The notes beneath the pieces were generated by a model. It saw only the letters and a list, made by a program, of their open reading frames with translations. It was not told where the DNA came from and searched no databases. Source: Narcine bancroftii (Eukaryota). Taken from it: a stretch of DNA of 64,000 nucleotides. A program made the translations under genes and the position numbers. The DNA lies in contig NC_091481.1 of assembly GCF_036971445.1 (NCBI RefSeq), positions 73,036,001 to 73,100,000 of the forward strand. The letters run 5' to 3'. Shown here piece after piece: positions 24,101 through 36,691 of this stretch (positions are counted from its first letter, which is position 1; every line of letters begins with the position of its first letter).

Positions 24101-26289
24101 TGGTGATTGTGGTCATGTCTTGAAATAATGTGGTGTCTTCCTGTTGTTGTAAAGGTCCCCACTATTACTGTCTGAGTCAGTACATTGTTTAGAGGTGACT
24201 GCAACTCACTTTGCAACACAGGCAAGGACAGAGTTATACAATAACTTCCCTTTTTTTCTCAAAATAGATCCAGTTTTAAATGACTACAATGTGGTGAAAT
24301 CATCCTAATTCCTGCCACAAGGTCATATTGTGACTTGCAGCTTTCAAGACAGCACTAACAACTACTCACTGTCAACATTGATGAGCCGTGTGATTAAAGG
24401 CAAGATGGGAAAAGAGGCAAACCTTGCTTTCTATCACTCCGCCTTCAGTCTGGACCCCGATAATTAACCAGAGCAGAACGCTGACTGACCCTCTTAGTAA
24501 GCTCAATGCCAAAATAAGCAGTAGAGCTCCTGACTTAATGCTGTAAACCTTTGGTTGGTTCATACTGCTGGAATGTAGAAAGCTACAAAGATGCCATGAT
24601 AAATATTTATTCTTTATCTATAATAAAATCTGAATACTGGTAAATTCTTGCCCCACCCCCAAACCAGGCTCATGGCAATGCAGGTCAGTGAGGGCCCAGG
24701 TAGGGATGATGGTAAAACACTGCCAGGATCTGCTGCCGTTGGCATTTCCTGGGATGGGGTGAGGTGGGGATGGTGGGCTGCCCTGCCTGGTTTCAGCTTC
24801 CAAGTACCACAGCTGAGCACCAGGAGGAGTGGAGAATGGGGGAAGAGGAAGGAAGACCCTATCATTCAGTGAACCTCCACCTACTCTGGGAGATCAAATT
24901 GGATGGTTTTTTAACTGCAACTGTTGTGAAATTTCCATTAGCCCACGCAAGGCAAGTGATCTTTACAGCAGCTTTCGGAGTGCAGGAGACATGGAACAAC
25001 GATGGAAACTGTCGAGTTACCAATCTGAACTTCACTCTAACCGTGATCACACTAAAACATCTGCAATCAAGCCCCTTATAGCAATTGGTAAATGCAGATA
25101 AATGGATTCCAGTTGCTTGAGATTTCATGTTGCGTGATTGGTGAACTAACGACAAAGCGTGCCAATTTAAACTTCAGCATTCTTTACCTATTTATTTTCT
25201 GCAATTTTTTTGCCAGTTGCTTGAATTCTGGATAAGAGGGACCACATAATCGAACACCACATTTTATTAACTTTGAAAAAAATTAAATGTCAGTCAGCAG
25301 TTAGAAACAATTATCAGCTGAATTAATTAAATAAAATCCATAGCCAAAGCCGGGATACTGCCTGCGGGAGCCATGGAATTACTGAAACCTCTGCACCTTT
25401 ACTGAAAGCATATGATCACTTGTCTGATGTCAAACTGATCCATGAGAGTGTACAACTTTTAACAATATCATTAATTTGCTTATTTTCTTGGGATTTTTTG
25501 GCATGGGAGTTTCAGCTAGTCATTTAAGTGTGTACCACTCTGAAGAGGTCCTGCTGTTAAGGTCACTCCATATGACCTTGGACACGTTTTCCAAATGGAA
25601 TTGTTCACATGTGGAGTGCAAGTTCAATTCATTTGATCTACTCCCTGTGCCTCAGCTGGAATACATGATCTTTTCCTTTAGAGGCTGAGCTGCAGAACAC
25701 AAGAGCTGAAAGATCAAACTGAATGGACTAAAATATTGATTTTCCTCATTTGTGTAGATGTGGCCACCCCACTAGAGGAGGGCAGAGAGCACAGAAGAGG
25801 AGGTTCAGAGTGACACGGGCCAAATGCAATCAAGTGTGACAACTTGGTTAGTATGAATGAGTTGGCCAAAGGGCTCGTTTGGGTGCAGTACATCTCTGAC
25901 CAAATTTATGAGGTTATGAATAGAGCTTAAAATTGTAAGTAGGCAACAAGTTTAGCTAAATTGGGGTTGTTTACCTAAGGACGGAGGAGGCCAAAGGGAG
26001 GTGTATAAATGATAAAAGATCAAAATGTGATTCATAAATGGGATCTCCTCTTGTAGCAAAGAAATCAATAAGACAATAAGGTGCACAGTAAGATGTGAAA
26101 GAGTTAGAGGGGAAATGGTGAAGACAGGTCTGGCTGTCAATCTCTGCTGTGGAAACTACCTTTACTTCCAAACTTGGTTAGTCTAACACAATTCTGGCTG
26201 ACCTTCTGCAGAAACTTGGGGCCCAATTCCCACCAAGTCCATTCACACATCATCTCTGTGGTTGCTGACCCAGACTGAGTCCCTGTCAA

Positions 26290-26590
26290 GCAACGAGTCA
26301 TTTAAAATCCCTCGGTTTTCATCCCTCATTCCCTCAAAAAACTTTCCCTGTCCTCTTAATAATTTCTGAATTTATTTGCCCCTTTTCTTGCAGCTTTTTG
26401 TCTGGGCCTTGTACTCCAAACTTTTCCACCTCTCTCTCAACCTTTAAGATGTTCTTTAAAATGAGCAAACCTTTGGTCACTTGCACCAAAATTTGATGAC
26501 GTGGTTAGGTATCAAATTTATTCAAAAAGTGCTCCTGTGAAACACCTTGGGATATTTTTATCCAATAAAAGGCACTATATAAAGGCATTG
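26290..26590 (+). mobile_element. L2 LINE 3' end, degenerate
   Basis: CTCCTGTGAAACACCTTGGGATATTTT...AAAGGCACTATATAAA resembles the fish/shark L2 3' terminus. Confidence 0.6.
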
Positions 26591-27102
26591 TGCCAACATA
26601 TTGTTCAGTACTACACGTTAAAGTCTGGGAAATATAAATAAGCTGGACAGCTTTTTATCCCTCTGTATAAATGAAGGCTGACTAACCTCCTTTTGAATGC
26701 CTATGAACTGTTTAAGGGCATCACAGACCTAGCTGATCCTCTTAAAACATCTACAAATGCTGGGCGTTCCTCTCTCCATGCTGTGGATGCGAACTGTGGC
26801 CCTGATCAGTTACCTCCACACGGTCCCAGGAACTGGGTCCTTGCTTTTCTACATTACCCGGTTATGCTCCTGGCTGATGCAGCCAATCCAAGCTGAGTTT
26901 GAAAATCACTTGCAGTTGAAAGCTGGGAGAAAGCAAAGGGAATGTTAAACTGTTATAGTGTCTACCTCTTCCACATACTGTGCTCACACAAACGCTGCTT
27001 TAGATCCCTGCTACACTCCTTGTTGCATGGCGCTGGCTCTGCTGAGTCCATCCATCTTCCTGCTGTGGGATCTGTGTGGCTTGAACTCCCTGCCCTGGGA
27101 GT

Positions 27103-27359
27103 TCATATGATGTGCGTGGCCATGTGCCTCTCCAGCAGAGTCTTGTGGGAGAAGCGCTTGTTGCAGACATGGCACTCAAAGGCCTTCTCACCACGGTGCA
27201 GCCGCATGTGCACATTGAGGGAGCTCTTTTGAGTGAAGCGTTTATTGCACACCGGGCACTGGTACGCTCGCACACCTGTGTGTGTCACCATGTGTTTGAT
27301 CAAGTAGTCCCTGAGCGAGAATGAACGCCAGCACACGCTGCACTGATGAGGTTTCTCAC
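27103..27359 (-). CDS. zbtb45: zbtb45 last coding exon (C2H2 fingers 2-4)
   Basis: (G)[84 protein letters not shown]; CAG acceptor; phase matches the upstream exon. Confidence 0.9.
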
Positions 27360-27929
27360 CTGCAGGGAAGGTGGGAGAGGAAAGACATCAGTACATCAGA
27401 CTCCAACTGCACAACATGAGAAGCCATTAAAACCATTTAGTAAGCATTATACCCCTGGAAAATGGCATGGACCCAGCCTTTGGTGTTAATGAGGCAGACT
27501 GCCCATGACATCACTCTAATCTTCATGGACTGAATTTAGGGTCCGCAACCCCAAGATTAGGGAGAGATTTAGAGAGAGAATCAGACAAGTACTGCTTCTG
27601 ACCACTGACCCTCACCTCAGCTAGGCAGTGGCCATTTTTTATGTCTTATAGCCATAACCTAGTGACAGCTTGGAACAATAACCAGATCTAGCTTTATGAA
27701 TCCCAGTGATGCTCAGAATCTTCGAGGGAGGAGAGGGAACATACTGAAAATATACACCAGTAAGAGCAAGACCAGGAAAGAAACTGACAATGGAATCGAA
27801 GGGACTGCCTCCTTTAATCATTTGCAGAATTGAACTTGATTGTTCCCAGGAATCCATTATTCTGCAAACACCATCATTTGTGATCCTTATGTTCCACCTT
27901 CAGCACATCCTCATTGTATCGCCCAAGTC

Positions 27930-28146
27930 TCAGTGGTTAGTTCTCTCACCATAAGCTACAAATCCCACTCCTCGCAAACATCCCAGTGCAATTGTGACGA
28001 AGTGCTGCATGTTTAAGATGTTATCTATCAGATGAATTGTTAAGCCAAGGCTCAGTTTGCTCTTTTAGATGGATTTAGAAGATCCCACAGAACTAATGTG
28101 AAGAGCAAGACATTTCCTTGTGGTCCTGGTCAATATTCATCTTTCA
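27930..28146 (+). mobile_element. Deu-domain SINE remnant (AmnSINE/SacSINE type)
   Basis: CCCAGTGCA..AGTGCTGCA..CAGATGA..GTTAA.CC.AGG..AGATCCCA..GAAGAGCA..GTCCTGG.CAATATT.ATC, colinear with the Deu domain as recalled. Confidence 0.65.
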
Positions 28147-28549
28147 GAGAGCTGAGGGAGAGAACTAGTTGCTCTGGTGGAGATGGCAAGGACAGGATTG
28201 GGGGAAGGGGTGCGGGTGCTGAATGGCCTGGTTCTGTGCTGAAGTTGTTCATTTAATTCACTCGATATTGTGGTAAAAACACATTGCTACTTCTGGGAAT
28301 ATTATCATTTACAATTGGTTGTAAAGCAGGAAAGGTAATTAATGCCACACTTCGATAGCAATTTACTTGCGAAGTGCTCTGAGACAGGCACAGACTGTGA
28401 CTGACTGCCCTTGCTCTTTTTCCTCTTTTGCTCACAGTTCCTTTCTTCGATCTGAACCCAAGAAACTCCTCATACATTTCCATCAGGGCTTCCAGTTATC
28501 AGCCATTTGAATTTCAAGCACCACCTGCTTTCCAGTCTACTTTCATCAT

Positions 28550-28970
28550 CCGATTTCAGATTTATTGCCAGAGTACGCTCATGATATCACAAATAACCCT
28601 GAGATTCCTTTTCCCGTGGGCCAGGCAGAATTATTAGTTATTGGTGGTGCAAAAAAATGTAAACAAATAAAGAACTGTAAACAGATAACTGTGAGATACA
28701 AAGAGAATAAATAAAAACAAATAAGAATCCTTAAATGAGTCCCTGATTCAGGAGTGATGGTGGAGGTGGTGCGAGTCTTGTGGCACCGATACCTCGTTCC
28801 TGAAGGTAGCAGTGAGAACAGAGCGTGTGCTGGGTGGTGGGGATCCTTGATGATCACTGCTCTTCGACGGCAGCGTTCCCCGTAGATGTTCTCGATAGTG
28901 GGGAGGGTTTTGCCTGGGATGTCCTGGGCTGCGTCCACTACCTTTTTCAGGGCTTTACATTCAGGGGTAT
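28550..28970 (-). mobile_element. Rex1/Babar LINE 3' fragment
   Basis: ORF 28579-29019: LKKVVDAAQDIPGKTLPTIENIY.ERCRRRA.IIKDPHHPAHALFSLLPSGTRYR. Confidence 0.85.
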
Positions 28971-30113
28971 CGGTAGAGAATAGGGGCACTTTGCAGAAGT
29001 GAACTCCCACACATCCCAAGACCGTGTCCTGTGCTAACTTTAATCTGTATGTTTTATCGATCCCATTTTACTAATTTGGTCCACTAACATCAACATTTAG
29101 TTCCAATCTCACATTACATATTGCTGATTGTAAGAACCCACATGTTACCCAGAACCAACAAGCTCACCACTTCAGAAAAAAAATAACTGCAGACCAAATT
29201 GACAGAAAACATATAGTAAAGGATAACCCTGAGTAATTTCTCAGATCTACTCAAACTCCCTCAACTCCTCATTAATTACTACACAAGGAGAGCAGTTGCA
29301 TACAGCAGTAAGGTTTCCAACCTGATTCACATTTTAGTCATTATTTCTGGGATAGGTTAGGTGACCCATTTAGCTTCAGCAGCCTGGATCCATGATGAGG
29401 GTCTTTGGATCATCCCCCAGACAAAGTCAGTGGCCAGGGAACCTGTTTCCAGAGAATGGTGGCTCCTGGGGAGTTTGTAGTCTAGTTAGGGTTGCTATCT
29501 TCAGAACTTGTATCCCATTCAGTCAGTGTCCATGGGAGCTTATTGCCAGTGAGGGTCAATCTCTTTGGAACCCGCATCTAAGCAGGATCAGTTATCTCAG
29601 GAAAAGAATCAAGAAAATTGAAAGAAATTGGATCAGAAAGTTTGAAAAGATGTTCTTAATTCCCCATATTCATCCAAGACCTGTTCAGATTGGGCAAAGT
29701 GATAATATGGAAGTGAGAGAATGGATTCACAATATATTGTACTTCCAGACTAGAGGAGTGTTGGTATCACTGTTCACAGGGGTCAGTGATGGGGACAACT
29801 CTTTTGACACAGATAAGAATGTGCAAGATAACATTTCAACAACCTCCAAATTCCCTGAAACTCAGTGAGGAGGATAGAAAGTGGACACAGACAGACTGGA
29901 AGGTTGGGTGGACGTGGCAAATGAAATGCAGCATGTATGAAGTAATATAGATGGGCAGAATGAGCAAGGAGAAAGGATATTATATGGTGGTTTTAAATGG
30001 TGCACAGTAACCAAACAATGCAATAAGCAATGGTATTACTTTAGAGAGAAAGCTATTAAGAAAGGAAATAGACAGACATGGAATACAAAAGCAGGGAAGT
30101 TGGGAACACTGGT

Positions 30114-30350
30114 GAGGCAACACAGTTAGTGTAGCGGTGAGCACATTGCTGTTACAGCACCAGTGACCGACCGTGGTTCAAATCTGGCGTGTTTGTAAGG
30201 GGATTGTGTCTGCGTGGGTTTCCTACGTGTGCTCCGGTTTCCTCCCACCTTTCAAAATGTACAGGGGTTGTTGGTTAATTTGGGTGTAATTGGGTGGCAA
30301 GGGATTAAATGACTGGAATTGGCTTCTATTGTGCTATGAATAAATAAAAT
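30114..30350 (+). mobile_element. tRNA-derived V-SINE
   Basis: A box TAGCGGTGAG, B box GGTTCAAATC, V domain TGTCTGCGTGGGTTTCC..GTGCTCCGGTTTCCTCCCAC. Confidence 0.8.
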
Positions 30351-30858
30351 TTAAATGTAACTGGAGTTACATTCTGGTTCCCACATTATGTGGATGTGAA
30401 GTCCTTCAGAGTGCAGAAACGGTTTCCTGCAATGGTTGCAGAAATGGTTTCCTGTAATGGTTGCAGTGATTCCGGGTTTCAACAATAAAGTTAGGTTGAA
30501 TAAACGGATAATGCTCTTCTTAAAGATCAGGAGGTTTGTTTGAGGGTAGAAGACTAGAATAGTGTTAGACAGGATGGCAGAAGATTTAAGGAATGGGAAA
30601 TGTGAATAAACAGCTACAGGCAAAAACTACAGGGGGCTGCAAATTCAAAGAGATCTTGAGAGGGAAATTGATGAGCACTTGGGGAGGAAATGAAGTTGCA
30701 GGGCTCCGAGGGTAAGAGAGAGGAGAAAGAAAAGATTATTACCATGAACCAAGAATAGATGCAATCAGCCATATGGGTTCCTTCTGTGCTATAACACTTC
30801 CATATAAGGTTCTGAAGGAATGAGTTTAAACTGAAGGAAACAATCGTTTTGAACCTAC

Positions 30859-32419
30859 CCGTGTGGACAAACATGTGCTTGGCATAGTTCTGCCTGGAGC
30901 TGAAAGTTTTCCCACATTGTGCACATCCGTAGGGCTTTCGCTCAGCTTCTGTGGGAATCTGGTTTGCTGGAGCTGGGGTTGGCACTGGCGGTGCTCCGTC
31001 TGGGAATACTGGGGGATTCTGACATGTTGGCTGAGCTGGAATGCTGGACATACATGTCTGGGAGGTGGAAGCCAATGGCGGAAGGTGAGGAGACTGAGGA
31101 AGGCTCATTTGGTAGAGGTTGCGGTGGGTGGTTGTGCTGGCAACAGAGGAATCACCTTGAACATCATATTGTGCTGAACAGCCCTGGTTACGTAGGTTGG
31201 ATTGCATGGTTGAACCTGGGAGAAATTCTTGCATAAATGTGGATGATCGTGGGAATGAAGGCTCCACTTGCGACTTGCAGTCTGCTTTGCGATTTTGCTG
31301 TATCAGAGTCTCCTTCTCCTCCTTCTCTCCCTGCCAAAAGGACTTCAGTTCATCCGGCAAGAGATCACTGGCATTGAAAAATTCCATCTCATCTCCTTTA
31401 CTGCTCAAACTCAGATGACCACCAGAGTCTCTTCGCTCTCCCATGGTGCTCTGGTTGGGGTCAAATGTGTTTGCCTCAGCGATATCCTCAGTCTGTTCAC
31501 CTTGGCTGACCTGCTCTGCGGTTTGATTGGAGACAGTGCGTACCGCAATGCTCTCCCCGCAGTAAAGGAGGTCATCGTCTTCTTCCTTGATGGTGACTTG
31601 ACTTCCGTCAGCCATTTGGAGCCGGATTGGCTGCCGTTGCTTGCGGCTGTGACTACCTTGTGGTAAAAGCCCCACATCGGGTCGCTGGTTGGCTGCAGCG
31701 TTGTACCAGAGTGCCCGCATCTCACTATTGCGGCCTGTGTCCATTAGAGGCAGATTTTCTTGATCAGGCATGGCCTGCTCTCCAGCTCCCTTCTGCCGTG
31801 GCGTCGTTTGCTGTCTGCACACACTGGGTCCCATTTCTTCTGCTTTGTACCCTCCATCGCTTGTGGCTGGGTTCTTTGAGCCTCCCTGCACAAAGTCAAA
31901 CTCCCTCTCGGCTGTGTGGGGTGACAATGATGTTTCGATGAACCCCATGGGAAACTTGTGGATCTGGTCACTGGTACTCTGGCAAAGAGCAGCCTCTTTC
32001 TCATCAGAAAGGTCTGCCTTTTGACCAGCTAATGACTGGTCTCCCTGAGCCTTTTGTGAAATAATCCTCGTGCACTCGTCGATGATGGTTTTAATCTGAA
32101 GGACACTCGCTGCTGTGAGGATCTGCAGAGCTTCAACGTGGGAGACCATTAGTGAGCCACTGTACATAAAATCGACCAGTCGACGCAGAGTCTGGGCTGA
32201 GACCAGAGGCGGGACCTCAATCTCACTGTATCCCAACAATAGTTTATCGTGGAAAAAGGGACTGGCTGCAGCCAAGACACAGCGGTGGGCTCGCAGAGCT
32301 GTGTTGTGGATACGCACTGTCACATCGCAGAAATGGCCACCCAGCCGCTGCGAGTTCAAGGTCTCTAGGAGTGACCTGCTGAAATTCTGAAGATTGATGC
32401 TGTGAAGTTGCTCAAACAT
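30859..32419 (-). CDS. zbtb45: BTB/POZ zinc-finger protein zbtb45, large first coding exon (BTB, linker, finger 1)
   Basis: LHSINLQNFSRSLLETLNSQRLGGHFCDVTVRIH...AHRCVLAAASPFFHDKLLLG matches the ZBTB45 BTB; ends CAQCGKTFSSRQNYAKHMFVHT-G|GTAGGT; acceptor near 32448; four fingers in total. Confidence 0.88.
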
Positions 32420-33602
32420 TCTGTGCCGTTACACCACACAACTCAACCTGCAAATCAGAGCCATTGAAAAGTTACCACAACAGGTCAATCTGTCTGTCAT
32501 CTCTATGCTAGTTGTAAAAGAACTACCCTGTCTAATTCCCACCTTCCAGTCCCAGTCCTATAGACCTCCAGGTCAGCAATCTTCACATCTACATCCAAGT
32601 ATGTCCTGTCTCCATCTTCCTTTCAAGCAATGTGTTTCAGACTTGACATTCTAACACTCCCAAAGGAACATCCAGTCGAAAAATTCAATTTTATCTTCCC
32701 CCACAATTGAGGAATGAGGGAAATGTGCAGTGTGGGTGGAAGGAAGGTAGTGGTGGAGTACATGGAAGAGGTAAGCAAAGATGAACTAGGTGAGGGAGAT
32801 AAGGGTTGGAGATGGTAGATGTAATCTGTGATAATGATCTGTCATCAACCATCAGGACTTTACTCCAGGAAGCATTTCATTTTCACTTACTGGACAACTC
32901 TTCATTAAACAATGCCAATAAAGTTTTTGTTTAATGAAGGTGAACCCCCCTCCACCCACCCCGACCCCAGCTCACAAGGTGGCTTGGGATAGCAGTAATG
33001 TCCCCTTTATCACAGCCTACAGTTTTAAGGGCATTCTGCTAGTCACATTCTCAAAGAATTCCAAATAGCTGGTCTAAAATGTCCAACTCTGAATGGAAAG
33101 TGTTCAGATCCAAGAATGGAACTAGATTCAGAATCTGATGTTATGCCTTCCTCATTGTGTCGGAGATGTTCATCTGGAGCTTGGGTTATTAATGACTTGG
33201 AATGAATGCTGTGCAGCTCTGGAGGTTGTGGGGGTACGAGGGACGAATCCTCGTGGGTTACCCTGAAGGGACTTTCTTTTCCTTCTCTTTCTCTGTCTGT
33301 AAAGGGTGCCCAGGCAATTTTTACTGATCGTGAACCTTAGCAGACTAAAGGAAATGTTGTGAAATGTCGCATTTTCTGTTTTATTACATGACAATAAAAT
33401 AATCCTGAATCTTTTACGTAAGATCTAAGAACGATCAAAGCCATTGCTACGTGAAAATTCATAGATGCCAAGTAACGGGATACATGGAGGAGTGTTTGCG
33501 GTTGATTGTTGAGGAGTGAAGGTCAGAAATAACCCACAGGGGACAATCCTTCAATGGACTCTAGGTTGGACAAACATCCCTGCTCTGGTCTCATGATAGA
33601 GT

Positions 33603-34165
33603 AAAAACACAATGCTGGAGAAACTCAGCAGATCAAACAAAGGCAAAGGTACATAACCAATGTTTCAGGCTTGAGCCCTTCATCAAGGTCTGAGCAAAAT
33701 GTAGGCAGGCGCTGTGTACTTTATATAATGGGTGGCAGTTAGTATAGTGGTTAGCGCAACACTGTTACATCGTCAGCGATTGGGACCAGAGTTCAAATCC
33801 TGCACTGCCTGTAAAGAGTTTGTATGTTCTCCCCATGTCTGCATGGGTCTTCCCCGGTGCTCCAATTTCCTCCAAATGTTTGAAATGTACCGGGGGTGTA
33901 GGTTAATTGGGTGTAAATTGGACCACACAGACTCGCGGGCTGAAAAGGCCTGCTACCGTTCTGTATGTCTAAATTAAAATAAATTATCCCAACGTTTTGG
34001 GCTTGAGCCCTTCATCAAGCCCTCATTTTGGGTATGTTCCTTTATCACTGTGTAAGTGCCTGCTCACATTTTGTTCATACCTTGATAAAGGGCTCAAGCA
34101 CGAAACATTGGTTATGAACTTTTCTCTTTATAGAGCAAAGTACCCAGTGTGAACAGCTGAGTGAC
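33603..34165. mobile_element. Penelope-derived fold-back element interrupted by a V-SINE
   Basis: Left arm 33603-33720, V-SINE, then further arms with GGGCTTGAGCCCTTCATCAAG / CTTGATAAAGGGCTCAAGCACGAAAC. Confidence 0.7.
33730..33985 (+). mobile_element. tRNA-derived V-SINE
   Basis: TAGTGGTTAGCGC A box, GTTCAAATCC B box, GAGTTTGTATGTTCTCCCCATGTCTGCATGGGT V domain. Confidence 0.85.
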
Positions 34166-34279
34166 TACATGAGAACTCATCCCTGGTCAGGACAATGCAT
34201 GAACAAACACAGGGACTGGGTGATCCATGCTGAAGGGTCAGTGCTGTGAGCTGGGGGCTCTGACAGGGCTGAGCCTGGG

Positions 34280-34800
34280 CGACACGGCCCCTTTAAATGC
34301 TGCAGCAGCCCATGGGAGGCACCCCTCGGTGTCACGTGCCGGCAGCCGACCTATCCGAGCACGGCCCGTTCCTCGCTGCCCAGTGCCACTGACCCCTGAC
34401 CCGCAAAGCCAGCAGTCCGCTGTCTCCCGACGGCACCCTCCCACGGTGGAGCCCGGCGCCGCGTGCGCGGGCAGCCTTGGCGACTGTCCATGGGAAGAGT
34501 GCCGGGCCACGGGGGCTCCACCGGCGCCGCTCACCTCGTCTCTCCGGGACCGACAACCTCACACAGACGGGGGCAAGGCAGCGAGGACCAGTGCGTCATC
34601 ACGCAGCTTGACGTAAGTTCAGCCCGCCTCTTGCGCAGCGCACATGCGCTCATCGCCGTTCGCCAGCCGATTGCCACCAGCTGGTCAATCCCTCACATCG
34701 GTCTGAGGGGCGGACAGGGATTGCGTCATTTGTTGGTGATGTCACACGAAGTGAAAGTGGCCGCCATTTTTGTGAGGTCGTTCTGGACAGAGTGAGGCAA
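34280..34800. promoter_or_regulatory. CpG island / bidirectional promoter of zbtb45 (-) and thap7 (+)
   Basis: CpG-rich; NRF1-like TGCGCAGCGCACATGCGC 34632-34649; YY1 GGCCGCCATTTT 34759-34770; TGACGTAA; outward-facing donors GAG|GTGAGC (minus, 34535) and AGA|GTGAGG (plus, ~34791). Confidence 0.75.
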
Positions 34801-35572
34801 ATATCGTGGAAGGGAGGGAAAGAAGAAGAGGGAGGGAAGGGATGGAAGGAAGAAGAGGGAGGGAGGGAGGGAAGGTAGGAAGGAGGGGCGGCAGGGATGG
34901 AATTGGGACGGAGAGAGGGGGAGGAGGAGGGACGGGGAGGGGGTGAGGAAGAGGGAGGGGAGGAGGGAGAGAAATGGGAGGGGAAGGGGTGGGAGGAGGA
35001 AAGGAGAGGAGAGAGAGAGACGGAAGGATGAGGGGAGAGGAGAGAGAAAGGCGGAAGGATGACGGGAGAGGAGAGAGAAAGACAAGGAGAGAGGGGAGAG
35101 ATATGCTGGCAATACCTGCAGAAGTTGGTACAAGAAGGGAGAAGTAATGTCAGGGGGTGCGAAGAAAGACAGGCTGATGGGGCATGGAAGGCAACAGTGG
35201 GGAGATGCATGGGATGAGAAGGCAAAGGTAAGAGGAGGATGGGGTGTGGGGAGAGGAATTCACCCAGTCACCACCTCCCTTTAACTGCCCCTCATAAACA
35301 CCCCTAGCCCTTTGCTGCTGACCTGCTTACTTTGGTAACTCCTCTCTTCCCACCCCCACCCCCCCTTTTGTTGCCCCCTCTCCTTCCTCCACGATCCTGC
35401 TCCTGTTGCAAACTCTCCTCCCTGGCTGCTCCTGCCTTCCCCTACTCTCCCTTGTAGTTCCCTTGACACTCTTTAATGTGCAGTATTTTTAATAAGGAGG
35501 GACAGGGATTTATGAATCTTACGAAAACGAATCCTTCCTTGGTTTGTCTCGGCTGCTGCCAACCTGCCAGCC

Positions 35573-35652
35573 ATGCCCCGTCACTGTTCAGCTGAGGGCT
35601 GCAGGTCCAGGGACACAAAAGATTCAAGAATTAATGGCATCACCTTTCACAG
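35573..35652 (+). CDS. thap7: THAP domain protein 7, coding exon 1
   Basis: MPRHCSAEGCRSRDTKDSRINGITFH(R) matches the THAP7 N-terminus; 80 nt; GTCAGT donor. Confidence 0.92.
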
Positions 35653-35766
35653 GTCAGTACAACAGCATCAGCCTGCCTCTCCTCACATCAAATGTACCTT
35701 GTCATCTCTTCCCCAGCACGCCAACAACCTCACGCTCCACTTGTTTCAATTGCTTTGGTTTTACAG

Positions 35767-35922
35767 GTTGCCAAAGAAGGGGAAAAGTCAGCGTGAGATC
35801 TGGTTATTGAACTGCTGTCGGAGGAATCCAGATGGGACGGTTCCCTGGAACCCATCTTCACAATTTGTCTATTTCTGCTCAAAACATTTTGAAAGACAGT
35901 GCTTTGAACTTGTGGGACTGAG
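35767..35922 (+). CDS. thap7: thap7 exon 2
   Basis: LPKKGKSQREIWLLNCCRRNPDGTVPWNPSSQFVYFCSKHFERQCFELVGL; 156 nt; THAP CxxHF motif. Confidence 0.92.
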
Positions 35923-35983
35923 GTAATGTGGAGCATCAATTAAATCATGAATGTCCTTGCTAATATTCTCAGACCTCCTAGAG

Positions 35984-36107
35984 CAGTGGTCCTCAACCTT
36001 TTTTCTCCCACTCACATACCACCAGAAGTAATCCCTTACCACAGAGCACCTATGACATCCTATGTTCTGTGGTATATGAGTGGGGTTTAAAAAGTTGAGA
36101 ACCACTG
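35984..36107. mobile_element. hAT MITE (same family as 12516 and 40653)
   Basis: CAGTGGTCCTCAACCTTTT...AAAAGTTGAGAACCACTG TIRs; imperfect TSD TCCTAGAG/CTCTGGAG. Confidence 0.8.
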
Positions 36108-36439
36108 CTCTGGAGGCTCTGTTCCCCACCAGATCAGGCAACTGTCAGTCTGGGTATTATTCAGTAAAAGACAAAATAGGGTAGTTTCTATGGATTATTG
36201 TTCATTCAGAAATCTAATGGCAGAGGGGAAGAAGCTGTTAATAACAGCAGAGACTGTTCATCTGATAACAACAGTTCAGCCAAATGTATGACTGTAGAAC
36301 GAAGATTGATACTGGAATCTAGAATAAAGGAACAGAATGCTGAAAGAACTGAGCAGGTGAAACAGCATCGTTGGAGGCAAGAGAAGACCGAAGTTGACAT
36401 ATCAGGGCAAGACCTTGCATCAAATTGAAGAGGGGAAAG

Positions 36440-36691
36440 TTGATGGAAGGAGAAGGAAAGAAAAGAATGGACTCAGTAGAATTTCTGGTGTATTTTTGTT
36501 GAGTGACAACATTGTCTGACTGGTTTAATGTATCCTAGATTGTATACCTTAAATGGATGGGGGGGGGTGGGGTGGGTTGGGAGGAAGGAGGGGGGGAGGA
36601 GAAAATGTCACTGTATATGTGTGAAAAGGAAAAAGTGTGTATCATGACTAATGTGATTTATGGTGTGAAAAATAAAAAATTTAAAAAAAAA
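36440..36691 (+). mobile_element. 5'-truncated L1-type 3' end with poly(A) and TSD
   Basis: G-rich tract, AATAAA, A tail; flanking AATTGAAGAGGG(G)AAAG duplicated at 36423-36439 and 36692-36707. Confidence 0.7.

Noticed and set aside
30614-30858. C-terminal tail of the 601-aa ORF
   Set aside because: Intron read-through past the GTAGGT donor at 30858
33735-33805. tRNA gene-like A and B boxes
   Set aside because: Head of a V-SINE with no complete cloverleaf; the same applies near 30120
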